A stretch of 63,583 nucleotides of DNA, filler included, from 6 parts of 6 records of this genome joined end to end with filler, not necessarily neighbours in it, one strand, 5' to 3'. Counted from the whole stretch's first letter, positions 41,523-52,037 are shown. Program-made: numbers and translations. The notes: generated by a model not told the origin, from the letters alone.

Positions 41523-44500
41523 TCAATTGGAGCCTGTGAAAGACAAGGTTACGCATGTTCCTTGCCCCTCTTCTGAATCAATAAAAATATCACCGCCATG
41601 CTCCTTGATAATTCCCGCTGAAACAGACAACCCAAGCCCAGTCCCACCCCACTCTCTTTTTGTCGTATAAAAGGGATCCCTAACGTGCTTAAGGTCTTTC
41701 TTCGAAATACCGATTCCCTGATCTGTTATTTTGAAATAGACCTTTTCTTCTATCGCGTAGGTCTCAATAAGAATGGAATCTTCCCGCGATTTCAACGCTT
41801 GACAGGAATTTTGGATCAAATTGACAAGAACTTGTTCAATCCGACGCAAATCACCTTTGAACGAAGGCAAGCAATCGTTGATACTTATGACAAAGTTGTC
41901 CGTACTATTTTTAATGAGATTGGTAAGCAGCATGTGGGCAGATCTAAAGGCCTTGTTGATATCCACATCACCACCCATCTTGACGGGAGATTGTCTGGAA
42001 TAATCTTTCAAGTTTCGGACGATGGTTGAAACACGATCAGATCCTTCATTAATGCCGAGAAGCAATTTGGGCATGCTTTTCTGCACATAACTCAAGGGCA
42101 AATTTCCAATCCAAACCTCTTCACCCTCTTCATTCTGTTGTCTAAGATATTCCATCATACCTTGCCAGATCTCATCCATTGTCTGAGAATTCAGGCTGAT
42201 GAGATTCAAAGGATTATTGATTTCATGGGCCATGCCAGAAACAAGAATTCCAAGAGATGCCATTTTGTCGGCCTGATGCAAAGATTTGTAGCTCTGTTCC
42301 AATTCCTTGGTCCGCTTCTGGATTTTCCCTTCAAGACTCTCATTCAATTCCTTCAACCGTTGCCTGTTTTCCTTCAACGCTTTATCGGCTTTCTTCTGTC
42401 GATTGATGTCGTTGAGAAGCCAGATGACACCTTGGCTGGGATTGCCGGAATCAATGGCGCTGATGGAGAGTTTGCGCCACTCACTCTCTGTTTGGTTCAT
42501 TTTCAACGGTATTTCGCAATTAAAATGTCTTCCCTGTCTCAGAAAATTTTCAGAATCTCTTTCGATTCTTGAATATAAAGTCTTATCAAGAAAAAGGTCT
42601 TTTGTTGCAATTGGCCTTTTTGTACCTTTTGGAACAAAGCAAATTTCAAGGAATCTATTATTACACCATTTCAATTTTGAATTAACGATAAATGCAATAC
42701 CAATCGTTGCATTCTCCAATATCATTTTTTGTTGTTTACTCGTCTTATTCAGCTTTTCACTGATCCTCTTACGAGCATGGACTTCTTGCTCCAATTCATC
42801 AATTTGAATGGCAAGTTCTTCCTCCACTTCGATTCGCCGTTCTTGAATCAAAGTAAACCACCAAACCCAAACAGCAATAATAAGAAGTGTAAAAATATAT
42901 ATTGTTATGACGTACCATTTAAAGTTGTGCCATATTTGATAATCAGTGTGCTCTGAAAGAAACACACTAGAAGAAAAGACTACACCAAGGACAACAGAAA
43001 TAATGAGATAATGTTGAAGAAATCTTTTCGTTTTCTTCATGAAAGCTTCTTTTGGTGAAGGAGTATACTGCCTTTGCTTCTTTGAACTATTTTCTTCACA
43101 TTTTCCGCCGCACACACTGTCAAGTACACAACACAAAGAACAAATATGGTTATCACGCATGGGGCAATAAACCATTTCACTTTGTCCATATTCTTTTTCA
43201 CAAATTGGACAAGTCATAAGAGCATCACTCTGTAAAATAGTATTTTCTCGGCGAATATAATATTTACCTTTGGTAATAATGGCGACCAAAGGTGCAACGG
43301 TAAATGCAACAGAAAATGCAATTAATGTTGAAAATGATTTCCCATATATTCCAAATGAACCAAAATATGCAGGAATGGCTACAGCAAGTGAAACGACAAG
43401 AGAAATAATACCCACAGGGTTTATATTATAAAGATATGCCCGTTTGTATTCGATAGTTCTTGGGGCAATCTTGAGAGGCTTAATGACAGTTAAATCAGCA
43501 ACAATAGTACCAATCCATGACAATGCAAATATGGCATAGATGAAAAGCATGGAATGCATTGTCTTGAATACCCCCAATTGCGCAAAGAGAATTGACATGA
43601 GGATATTGAACAGAAGCCACACAGCCCTTCCCGGATGGCTTCCTGTTATTCTTGAAAAGAAATTCGACCAAGCGAGAGACCCGGCATAGGCATTTGTCGC
43701 ATTAATTTTTACCTGACATATTACAATATATAGCGTGACTAGCAACAATGCATACTGTGGATTATCAATTACTGTATCAAATACGTTGAGATAAAGCTGA
43801 ACAGTATCAATACTTTCACTGCTCACAATATTTCCCGCCTCTATGAACAAAACAACGAGAAAAGCGCCGCAAAGAATCTTCAAGGCACCGATTATGATCC
43901 ATCCAGGCCCGGCAGTAAGCACAGCCAACCACCACTTATATTTATTTTCATCTGTTTTATCGGGAAGAAAACGCAAATAATCTACCTGTTCACCGATTTG
44001 TGGAATCAATGAAAACAGTACAGAAAGGGCTGAACCGAAGAGAAAGGGATCAAATGAGCCAGTTCCAACATGATTTTCGTATGAAACCCATCGGGTGACA
44101 CTGGTAGGATCTTTAAAAATGATAATAGCTATGGGAACGATCCAAAGAACCAGCCAAAGAAATTGCGTATAGTTATGCAGCTTATTAATGACCGTAATGC
44201 CATAAAATGAAAAAGGGATGATCACCAACGAACAGAGCAGGTATCCAATAGGTAATGGTATCCCAAAGCAAAGAAATACCGCTTGCGCCATGATCGTTGT
44301 TTCAATGGCAAAAAAAATGATCGTAAAGAAGGCGTATATGAGTGAGGTAATTGTGGAGCCGATATACCCGAAACCTGCTCCACGAGTAAGCAAATCGATA
44401 TCAATGTTTTCTTTTGAGGCATGATAGGCAATTGGAATACCGGTGAGAAAGATCACGACTCCCAAGGATAAAATTGCCCAAAGAGAATTGGCAAATCCGT

Positions 44501-44687
44501 AATTTATAATAAGTAATGCACCAATTGCTTCCAAAGCGAGAAATGAAATCCCACCAAGAGCCGTACTAGCTATCTGCCATTCCGGCCACCGCCTGAACGA
44601 CTTGCTTACACGCCGAAGGGAAAAATCTTCAATGGCCGTATTAGTGACTAACAGGTTGTATGTTCGCTGCTGCCTGGATGTATTCAC
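41523..44687 (-). CDS. Sensor histidine kinase with an N-terminal permease-like (NCS1/APC-like) domain, Cys-rich linker and PAS domain
   Basis: About 12-14 TM segments; DIDLLTRGAGFGYIGST, QIGEQVDYLRF, NAYAGSLAWSN; CPIC...CSLCC; H-box AHEINNPL; N and G boxes. Confidence 0.9.
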   Translation of the reverse strand: MNTSRQQRTYNLLVTNTAIEDFSLRRVSKSFRRWPEWQIASTALGGISFLALEAIGALLIINYGFANSLWAILSLGVVIFLTGIPIAYHASKENIDIDLLTRGAGFGYIGSTITSLIYAFFTIIFFAIETTIMAQAVFLCFGIPLPIGYLLCSLVIIPFSFYGITVINKLHNYTQFLWLVLWIVPIAIIIFKDPTSVTRWVSYENHVGTGSFDPFLFGSALSVLFSLIPQIGEQVDYLRFLPDKTDENKYKWWLAVLTAGPGWIIIGALKILCGAFLVVLFIEAGNIVSSESIDTVQLYLNVFDTVIDNPQYALLLVTLYIVICQVKINATNAYAGSLAWSNFFSRITGSHPGRAVWLLFNILMSILFAQLGVFKTMHSMLFIYAIFALSWIGTIVADLTVIKPLKIAPRTIEYKRAYLYNINPVGIISLVVSLAVAIPAYFGSFGIYGKSFSTLIAFSVAFTVAPLVAIITKGKYYIRRENTILQSDALMTCPICEKEYGQSEMVYCPMRDNHICSLCCVLDSVCGGKCEENSSKKQRQYTPSPKEAFMKKTKRFLQHYLIISVVLGVVFSSSVFLSEHTDYQIWHNFKWYVITIYIFTLLIIAVWVWWFTLIQERRIEVEEELAIQIDELEQEVHARKRISEKLNKTSKQQKMILENATIGIAFIVNSKLKWCNNRFLEICFVPKGTKRPIATKDLFLDKTLYSRIERDSENFLRQGRHFNCEIPLKMNQTESEWRKLSISAIDSGNPSQGVIWLLNDINRQKKADKALKENRQRLKELNESLEGKIQKRTKELEQSYKSLHQADKMASLGILVSGMAHEINNPLNLISLNSQTMDEIWQGMMEYLRQQNEEGEEVWIGNLPLSYVQKSMPKLLLGINEGSDRVSTIVRNLKDYSRQSPVKMGGDVDINKAFRSAHMLLTNLIKNSTDNFVISINDCLPSFKGDLRRIEQVLVNLIQNSCQALKSREDSILIETYAIEEKVYFKITDQGIGISKKDLKHVRDPFYTTKREWGGTGLGLSVSAGIIKEHGGDIFIDSEEGQGTCVTLSFTGSN

Positions 44688-45084
44688 AATCTTACCTCAA
44701 TCTTCCTGACAGTCCGAAAACTTCACAGAAAGACTCAAACTTCTTCATTCAATCTCGTACAATCACGAATCCACGTCTTTCATCCGTAAAATATTTCGTC
44801 ATTTTGAAAACCATTTCATATAAAGACGCCTCCTACTTTTCAATCTGACGCGTATCCGCATATGCAAAAGACAGCCCAATGATCTCCATCATAGATTTAA
44901 CGTCATAATTCACACATAATTTCATGGTTTCGCGAGACAAAACACATATTAAATCACCAAAGCTATACCAGAAGCACCTTAAATCATTGATGAAAAAAGA
45001 CTGTTATTCTTAATGTGAATTTTACTTCTTTTCAAGCTCTTCACATAAAAAAAGACTTTCATTTAACGCAACAATCCAGAACCC

Positions 45085-45188
45085 CTACAAGTATCATTGT
45101 AGCTACAATTGTCCTTGTAGCCAAAATGATCGCTTTGCTACGGGGATTTTTAAGAATCACACCCGTACGAGCACCACAATATTTGTAG
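45085..45188. promoter_or_regulatory. Putative enhancer (UAS) array, CTACAA-N6-TTGTAG
   Basis: Two abutting perfect copies at 45085-45102 and 45103-45120, plus a degenerate copy at 45171-45188. Confidence 0.8.
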
Positions 45189-45264
45189 GTTGGGAGTCTC
45201 GAATTATATTAGTTTTCTGGATATAATACTGTTTTTTCAGCGAGTTAAATGCAGAAATAAACGT

Positions 45265-45280
45265 TGGCACGATAATGGCT
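45265..45280 (+). promoter_or_regulatory. Sigma54 (-24/-12) promoter of amiF
   Basis: TGGCACG-ATAA-TGGCT. Confidence 0.75.
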
Positions 45281-45371
45281 CTAAGGCAATGAGCGCTCAA
45301 GAGTTTCTGTATTAAAGATTGCCAATATTCGCGATCTTCATAGCAATTCACTAATTAATTGGAGGTTTTAA

Positions 45372-46376
45372 ATGGGAAGCATCGGCAGCATGAATCGTCC
45401 GACTGAAGGTATGCTCATGGGTTTGGTCCAATACCCTGTGCCCATTGTTAACTCGCGCCGCGACATCGAAGCAAACATCGACAGAATCTGTGAAGCCACA
45501 GTGAATACCAAAGCTGGTTATCCTGGCATGGATCTGATCGTATGGCCTGAATACAGCTCACAGGGCCTGAACACAAAGAAATGGGTCAGCGATGAATTCC
45601 TGCTTGATGTCGAAGGGCCTTTGTTCCAGCGTTACGCTCAGACTTGTAAGGAAAACGATATCTGGGGCCTGTTCTCTCTCATGGAGCGCAATCCCAACAA
45701 AGATCAGATGCCTTACAACACGGCTGTCATCTTCAACAACAAGGGCGAACTTGCCCTGAAATATCGCAAACTGAATCCTTGGGTTCCCATTGAGCCTTGG
45801 ATGCCCGGCGATCTCGGCCAGCCCGTATGCGATGGTCCCGGCGGCAGTAAGCTTTCCGTCTGCATCTGCCATGACGGTATGTTCCCCGAGCAAGCTCGCG
45901 AAGCTGCATACAATGGTTGCAACGTTTACATCCGCATCTCAGGTTACAGCACTCAGGTTAACGACCAGTGGATGCTGACCAACCGTTCCAACGCGTGGCA
46001 GAATCTGATGTACACCGCATCCGTTAACCTTGCCGGTTATGATGGTGTCTTCTATTACTTTGGCGAAGGTCAGGTTTGCAACTTCGACGGCACTACCATC
46101 CAGCAGGGTCATCGTAATCCTTGGGAAATCGTCACTGCTGAGGTTTTCCCGAAGATGGCAGATCAAGCCCGCAAAGACTGGGGCCTGGAAAACAACATTT
46201 ACAACGTCGGTACCCGCGGTTACGTGGCCGTTCCCGGTGGAGTAAAGGAATGCCCTTACACATGGATCAAGGATTTCGCCAAGGGTGAATACAAATTGCC
46301 TTGGGAAGACGACATCAAAATCAAAGACGGTTCCATTTATGGATATCCGACAACCGGTGGACGCTTCGGCCTCTAG
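45372..46376 (+). CDS. amiF: Formamidase (nitrilase superfamily)
   Basis: 334 aa; MGSIGSM start, PEYS (Glu), YRKL (Lys), CICHDG (Cys), [11 protein letters not shown] end; closely resembles Helicobacter AmiF as I recall it; RBS GGAGG. Confidence 0.95.
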   Translation: MGSIGSMNRPTEGMLMGLVQYPVPIVNSRRDIEANIDRICEATVNTKAGYPGMDLIVWPEYSSQGLNTKKWVSDEFLLDVEGPLFQRYAQTCKENDIWGLFSLMERNPNKDQMPYNTAVIFNNKGELALKYRKLNPWVPIEPWMPGDLGQPVCDGPGGSKLSVCICHDGMFPEQAREAAYNGCNVYIRISGYSTQVNDQWMLTNRSNAWQNLMYTASVNLAGYDGVFYYFGEGQVCNFDGTTIQQGHRNPWEIVTAEVFPKMADQARKDWGLENNIYNVGTRGYVAVPGGVKECPYTWIKDFAKGEYKLPWEDDIKIKDGSIYGYPTTGGRFGL

Positions 46377-46501
46377 ACCACACTGAATCCCGTTTGTCTA
46401 AAAAGGATGAGAAATAATTACTCTCACATCCTGAGTAAAAACAAACGAACAACAAATATGGCATAGCTACCAGGTGCATGCAGTCTAGCTGCATCTTGCA
46501 C

Positions 46502-46537
46502 AAACGCCCGCGAATTGGTCTTCGCGGGCGTTTTTTT
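46502..46537 (+). terminator. amiF intrinsic terminator
   Basis: AAACGCCCGCGAA...TTCGCGGGCG-T7. Confidence 0.85.
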
Positions 46538-46598
46538 AAATTCATCCAAATGATGAAAGGACTTCCTTTCCTTTCATCGCAACTCCCCTTTCACTCTC

Positions 46599-46643
46599 AA
46601 AAAAACGGGCCACCCAAGTTTCTCAACTTAAGTGGCCCGTTTT
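46599..46643. terminator. Second terminator-like hairpin, probably for a convergent gene beyond the contig end
   Basis: A7-CGGGCCAC...GTGGCCCG-T4. Confidence 0.6.
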
Positions 46644-46696
46644 CTCAACTTAGGTGTCAGCTTAAACGCACACTATCAAAATACATAAAAATCCCA

Positions 46697-46796
46697 NNNN
46701 NNNNNNNNNNNNNNNNNNNNNNNNNNNNNNNNNNNNNNNNTTAATTAATTAANNNNNNNNNNNNNNNNNNNNNNNNNNNNNNNNNNNNNNNNNNNN
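46697..46796. other. Artificial contig linker
   Basis: N44-TTAATTAATTAA-N44. Confidence 0.99.
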
Positions 46797-46952
46797 ATGA
46801 TGAATTTCAAAAACATTTTCACAAAAGCTTACGAAAATGGATTGAATGAATTCTATGTTGAACTTGAAGGTATTAGAGACGGAAGTATGACTCAATTCGA
46901 AGGAGTTAAAGGTTGTTTCGATTATTTGAATAACTCTTCTTTTGTAAAATAA
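46797..46952 (+). CDS. C-terminal fragment, probably a sugar-phosphate isomerase/epimerase TIM-barrel protein (absent from the ORF track)
   Basis: Reads MMNFKNIFTKAYENGLNEFYVELEG...CFDYLNNSSFVK*; followed by a terminator. Confidence 0.55.
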   Translation: MMNFKNIFTKAYENGLNEFYVELEGIRDGSMTQFEGVKGCFDYLNNSSFVK

Positions 46953-46979
46953 TAGAAGTTTCTTAAGCAATATAAAATT

Positions 46980-47012
46980 ATCAGGTGCTGTTTTCAGTAC
47001 CTGATTTTTTTT
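46980..47012 (+). terminator. Intrinsic terminator
   Basis: ATCAGGTGCTG-TTTT-CAGTACCTGAT followed by a T-run. Confidence 0.8.
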
Positions 47013-47354
47013 ACATATAATCGATGGATGTTTTTAAACCTCAGCATTCAATATTATAAATGTAAATTAAAAAAATGCTACTGTTGTTTAAGATGTGGTT
47101 TTATGTGATTCTGGGGGTTAAATGTAGCTATGGAACTGGGAATTGAATTAGAGAGATATTGAAATGAAAACCGGAATGTAGAAACTTGTTTCGTAATTCT
47201 GGGAAATAGTGGGGTATATGGATTAACCGGATTAAACGAACTTTTTCTAAAATCAATAACAAAATTAAAGTAGTTGGTTTAACCCAAAAAGCAATAATTT
47301 GAGATTAAACTATTTGAATGCGATAAAGTCAAAAAAAGAGCTATAAAATCGGTT

Positions 47355-47789
47355 ATGACTGTAAAAACAAAGATTTTACATTTTTTTAATTGGCTTTCAA
47401 CTACTGAAATGTTTGCAATTCCTTCCAAACAATTTCCGGGGAATTGGATATTATCGGAGTATTATTATGAACCGGAAAATGAATTAATTCACGTAAGCGA
47501 GGAAAAAGTAAAATCTGAAAACATATTCTGGAACCTTGAAATACAGCCCAGCAATATTTTTACTCATAAAACAAATCTCAACATCCCTTTAATTCTAAAA
47601 ATTGATTCCGGAATCTGGAGTATTTCAAAAAACTTTGTCAGTTTTATTCATCCCGATGATTTTAGGAACAATGTTGAATTTCAATTTGCCATTGAAAAGG
47701 GAAGACTTAAATTATTGAAAAAAGACGCTTTGGGGAAAATCGAATTTTTTGGTTTTTTTCAAAAAGTGACTGTTTCGGGTAAAAAATAA
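47355..47789 (+). CDS. Hypothetical protein, lipocalin-like
   Basis: GNW(I)L and G.W motifs in a beta-rich 144-aa protein. Confidence 0.55.
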   Translation: MTVKTKILHFFNWLSTTEMFAIPSKQFPGNWILSEYYYEPENELIHVSEEKVKSENIFWNLEIQPSNIFTHKTNLNIPLILKIDSGIWSISKNFVSFIHPDDFRNNVEFQFAIEKGRLKLLKKDALGKIEFFGFFQKVTVSGKK

Positions 47790-47820
47790 ACCCCACGATT
47801 ATCTCGCGGGGTTCATTTTT
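47789..47820. terminator. Hairpin between convergent genes
   Basis: AACCCCACGA...TCGCGGGGTT. Confidence 0.6.
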
Positions 47821-47838
47821 GATTATACTGTTTTTTTC

Positions 47839-49116
47839 TTAGAATCTTCTGTACATGTTTCGGCCATTTCCAAATCTTGGATTAACCACATTATTAAATA
47901 TGGAGCCAAAAGTGTATGTAATACCAACACTACCATTTATTGTATATTCAGTAGCAAGTTCTTGCAGCTGCAATAAAATATCTGCTTCCGATACATCAAC
48001 AGCCGGTAAAGAAATCTGGTCATTAATTTTAGCAACTCCTCCGAAAATGCTCAATGAAAGTCCTTTAACAATTCTGATATTAACATTACCTTCCAGTTCA
48101 ACTCTGTTCTTTTTGAAGTCATTTAAATAATTTGAACCTTCGAGCGAAATGTTTATTGAACCCCATTTCTCCTGCACCTGGTAGGCAATTTGCATTTGAT
48201 GTTTTGGCAAATTTTCTTCTGTTTTTCCATAAATAGTAACATCGGTATATCTGTTTATTGTGGCTCCTATACCATATAAAAATCTTAATTGATGGTGAGT
48301 AGATTCTGAATAAGGAAATAGGTTGTACTCAATTGAAGGAAAAATTTCTGCCTGAAAATCGTAATTTCTGAAAGTTGAACTTTGTAATTCTGTATTTACA
48401 CCCACAGACCAATGTTCACCCAAACTTTTTACAATTAAATTGTCAATTTGAATTTGTGTTCTGATTCCAGTGTTTTCTTCACCATCAAAGGTGTACTTCG
48501 TTTTGGTGTAGCGATGGTCAAAACCAACTTCAATTTTCCAATCCTCGGTTACTTTATTCACATTTAATGAGTTGTTAAATGTATATTCTTTTAATGTTTC
48601 CTGAATTTGAAATCTTGGTCTGGTTTCTAGCTCGAATACCCAATTGTTCCATTTGTCGCTAACTTCTTCCACTTCTTGTTCACCATTATGGTTTATACTT
48701 ACTTCTCTATAAATCGGAGTTCTTGCAACATAGCGCATCAAACCCATTTTAATCATATTGGTACGGCCTTGTCTTTGGTGTTCCATTGTGTCATCCGGAC
48801 GAGCAGTGTAAACCAAAGTATCAGTAAGTCCATCAAAATTTTCTTGCCCTGTGAAAAAATAAGAATATTCACTTCCTCCACTACCAGTCGATTGCCTTGT
48901 TTCTCTTAAATAAAGTTGCGCCTCTTTCACATCTCTTACATAATTTATGTAAGGAATTTCACGTCGTATATGGTTCATGTCACAAAATTCACAGTCGATA
49001 AATAGTTTTACGGCATTTTTACGCAAACTATCGCTTGGTTCAACAGGAATGTCTTGTGCACGAACCGAAATAAAGGGGATGATAGAAACAAGGATTATAA
49101 AAAATACTTTTCTCAT
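47839..49116 (-). CDS. Hypothetical exported protein, probable outer-membrane beta-barrel
   Basis: Signal peptide; D.WN.WVF followed by amphipathic strands; ends YTFGSIFNNVVNPRF. Confidence 0.7.
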   Translation of the reverse strand: MRKVFFIILVSIIPFISVRAQDIPVEPSDSLRKNAVKLFIDCEFCDMNHIRREIPYINYVRDVKEAQLYLRETRQSTGSGGSEYSYFFTGQENFDGLTDTLVYTARPDDTMEHQRQGRTNMIKMGLMRYVARTPIYREVSINHNGEQEVEEVSDKWNNWVFELETRPRFQIQETLKEYTFNNSLNVNKVTEDWKIEVGFDHRYTKTKYTFDGEENTGIRTQIQIDNLIVKSLGEHWSVGVNTELQSSTFRNYDFQAEIFPSIEYNLFPYSESTHHQLRFLYGIGATINRYTDVTIYGKTEENLPKHQMQIAYQVQEKWGSINISLEGSNYLNDFKKNRVELEGNVNIRIVKGLSLSIFGGVAKINDQISLPAVDVSEADILLQLQELATEYTINGSVGITYTFGSIFNNVVNPRFGNGRNMYRRF

Positions 49117-49218
49117 ACAAATACAGATTTGGTTAATTAGTAATTTATAAAAATTTAAATATAAAAAAGGTTGGACGAGTTCAATGGCTTTTGGTTTAAT
49201 TCAGGTTGTAGTTTTAAT

Positions 49219-50448
49219 TTAGACTTGGTTTAAATGGTGAAATGTATCCAATGCTGCAGGAAAAGGTTGCAGTGCCCTTTCGAAAATACCCAGTGAATAG
49301 GCTATTGTTAGTCCGTAATTAGTTATAGCTACGCCGGCTTGTTTTGCCTTTATAATTCTCGAAAGCATTTCTCTCCGGTTCCACATGCATGCACCGCAGT
49401 GAATAATTAATTTGTAATCAGAAATATTTTTTGGAAAATCGTGTCCTCGCGTACTGTCAATTTGAAGTTTACCTCCAACATATTGTGTTAACCAACGTGG
49501 AATTTTTACTGTGCCAATATCTTCTCCTATTGGGTGGTGCGAGCATGCTTCGGCAATTAGTACTTTATCTCCGGGTTTAAGTATATCGATAGCCATTGCT
49601 CCCTTTACCATTTCGGTTAAATCGGCCTGGAATCGTGCAAAAAGAATAGAAAACGAGGTGATTGGAATTTCGTTTGGAGTGTCGGCAGCAACTTTCAGAA
49701 ATGCCTGAGAATCGGTAACCACAAGTTTAGGTGGTTTGTTAAACCGGGCAAGGGCTTCGCGCAGCTCGCGCTCTTTAACCACGGTGCAAAAAGAATCGTT
49801 ATCTAATAAATCGCGAATGCTCTGAACCTGTGGTAAAATAAGTCTTCCTTTTGGTGCTTCTTTGTCGATGGGAACAACTAAAATTGCTGCTTCTCCCGGA
49901 CCAACCAGATCGGCTAAAATTGTAGGTCGGTTAATAAAATCGGATGGTGCCTGTTGCAAAAGTAATTGGCGTAATTTCAGCACACCGGTTCCTTCTGTGG
50001 CCGAAGTGAAAGTATATTTTATTTTAACACTATCGAGTTGCGAGGAAATGTCCAGGTTTTCATTGTGTAAATCAATCTTGTTAAAAAGGATAATAAATGG
50101 AATTTCTCGCGATTTAAATTCACCAATCAGTTGATGCTCGTATTCACCCCACTCTTTAAAATTAGTTACCAAAACGCCTAAATCGGTACGATCGAAAACC
50201 GCGAGTGTTTTATTTACCCGTTTTTGCCCTAAATCGCCAATATCGTCGATACCGGCTGTGTCGATAAAAAGTACCGGGCCAAGTGGCAGTAATTCCATGG
50301 GCTTTTCAACCGGATCGGTAGTAGTTCCTGCTACATTCGAAACAATTGAAACGTCTTGTTGTGTTAATGCATTCAGAATGCTGGATTTACCAGCATTTCT
50401 TCGTCCAAAAATTCCAATATGAAGCCGAAAGGATTTTGGTGCCCTCAT
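49219..50448 (-). CDS. hydF: [FeFe]-hydrogenase H-cluster maturation GTPase HydF
   Basis: GRRNAGKS, GTTTDPV, DTAG, NKID; Fe-S ligands EACSHH...HCGACM. Confidence 0.95.
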   Translation of the reverse strand: MRAPKSFRLHIGIFGRRNAGKSSILNALTQQDVSIVSNVAGTTTDPVEKPMELLPLGPVLFIDTAGIDDIGDLGQKRVNKTLAVFDRTDLGVLVTNFKEWGEYEHQLIGEFKSREIPFIILFNKIDLHNENLDISSQLDSVKIKYTFTSATEGTGVLKLRQLLLQQAPSDFINRPTILADLVGPGEAAILVVPIDKEAPKGRLILPQVQSIRDLLDNDSFCTVVKERELREALARFNKPPKLVVTDSQAFLKVAADTPNEIPITSFSILFARFQADLTEMVKGAMAIDILKPGDKVLIAEACSHHPIGEDIGTVKIPRWLTQYVGGKLQIDSTRGHDFPKNISDYKLIIHCGACMWNRREMLSRIIKAKQAGVAITNYGLTIAYSLGIFERALQPFPAALDTFHHLNQV

Positions 50449-50580
50449 TTTTTAGTAGTTTTAAAAAAACTGTGGAAAGTACTAAAATAGAACGATTTTC
50501 ACAATGATTATAAGTTACTAAAAATATGTTTAATGAATAATTTTCAGGAATTTAATACTTTAATAAACTGGTATAAGGTA

Positions 50581-50847
50581 CTAACTATTTGTATTTTTAA
50601 TTTCTCTTTTTCTAAACCAGTTTTTCGGATTAAGCCGGTTTTTATATTTAGTAAATAATTCTTTTCCTACCAGCAATCCACCCGACCAAAATACAACTTC
50701 CATTAAAACCAGACTGGTTGTAGATGCAATAACTTTTGTTTTTGTAGGAAGATCGAATAACGGAATTATAAATGTGGCTCCAAAAAATACTCCTGAAAAA
50801 ATCATCAGGAAAATGCCCAGTTTTATTTGCCAGTTTTTTTTCTTCAT
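50581..50847 (-). CDS. Small two-TM protein (transporter suffix domain-like)
   Basis: Two TM segments; EVVFWSGGLLVGKE motif. Confidence 0.7.
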   Translation of the reverse strand: MKKKNWQIKLGIFLMIFSGVFFGATFIIPLFDLPTKTKVIASTTSLVLMEVVFWSGGLLVGKELFTKYKNRLNPKNWFRKREIKNTNS

Positions 50848-50965
50848 TTCGATGTAATTATCTATCAACTAAAACCCAAAACGTACGAAAATGTTTTAAA
50901 ATAAATAATACCTTATTTTACATTTCAGTGTAAATAATATATGTTAAAATATAATATCCGGAGTA

Positions 50966-51601
50966 TTAAAAATTGCTTTCATCTAATATAGAATAACTGT
51001 TTGGACCTTCATTAAAGAGTAAATCTAAAATACTGAGGTTGGGAACAAAATCAATTTTGTCTGAAAAAACCTGTGTATATTTTGTAGTTGTAAATAACAA
51101 ATTATGATTTTTATTTTTAGGTGAAATAATTTCTCTGAGATTTAATGTATTATCCGGTATTTTTTCAAAATCTTGAGTTAGTACAAGGTTATTTTCAATT
51201 TCCAGTAATTCGCAAACAGTTTCATGAATTTTTAAATTGAAGTCGAGTAAAAATTTTTCCTTTATATCATAAAAGGGAAAAATATCATCTTTAAAATATT
51301 CAAAGAATGGCGAAGAATTATATGCCGAAAAAATAGTTTTCCAGTGGTTTCGCTGCCAATCCATATCGTACGATATTTGCAAATCTTTAATCAGGATTTT
51401 TGATCCTCGTCCTTTTACAACCGGGATTACCAAAGAAACCGGACCATTTGCTCCCAGAATTACACAACGGTTTCGATAGGTTTGTTTTATGAAATTTTCG
51501 AATTGTTCGATAATAACATTCGGGTGATGCAAAATATGTGCGTAATATTGTAGGGGACCGAAATATGCGGTGCTTAATAAAATCGAATTGGTTTTTTGCA
51601 T
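50966..51601 (-). CDS. WbqC family protein
   Basis: KQTYRNRC, AYNSSPFFEY, NLSILDLLFNEGP. Confidence 0.9.
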   Translation of the reverse strand: MQKTNSILLSTAYFGPLQYYAHILHHPNVIIEQFENFIKQTYRNRCVILGANGPVSLVIPVVKGRGSKILIKDLQISYDMDWQRNHWKTIFSAYNSSPFFEYFKDDIFPFYDIKEKFLLDFNLKIHETVCELLEIENNLVLTQDFEKIPDNTLNLREIISPKNKNHNLLFTTTKYTQVFSDKIDFVPNLSILDLLFNEGPNSYSILDESNF

Positions 51602-51680
51602 GAACAAAAATAATTTGATGTGAAAATATAAATTATTTTTTTAGCAGGTGAACGGAAAACGTCTGTGAAATTTATTTTTA

Positions 51681-52037
51681 CTAATCTTTAAAAAATGCGT
51701 CATCGTCATCGTCATCGTCCAATTCAATTCCTTCCGGATCGGATTCTTCTTCATCTTCAATTGTTTCTTTTTTATGATTCAGATTATGCAGTTCTTTTAA
51801 TTCGGTATTGAATTTAATAAGTTGGTTGTATTCTTTTTTCAGTTTCCAGATTCGTGGGTAGAAATAAATAAGGGCAACCAGGTATCCAATAATAATGCAC
51901 CCAATTAAAACCAAAACAAGGGGAGCTTCGCTAATTTCCCAGAAAAAAATGTTTATGGTAATCTCAATTGAATTTTGCAAAGTGAAAATTACCAGCAAAA
52001 CGGCTAAAATTAAAATGATGATAAGTACTGCCTGCAT
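51681..52037 (-). CDS. LapA-like (DUF1049) membrane protein
   Basis: IFTLQN...FFW...PL motif; two TM segments; acidic tail. Confidence 0.8.
   Translation of the reverse strand: MQAVLIIILILAVLLVIFTLQNSIEITINIFFWEISEAPLVLVLIGCIIIGYLVALIYFYPRIWKLKKEYNQLIKFNTELKELHNLNHKKETIEDEEESDPEGIELDDDDDDDAFFKD

Noticed and set aside
46749-46970. Minus-strand 73-aa ORF running into the linker
   Set aside because: The plus-strand frame 46797-46952 is more protein-like and is followed by a terminator.
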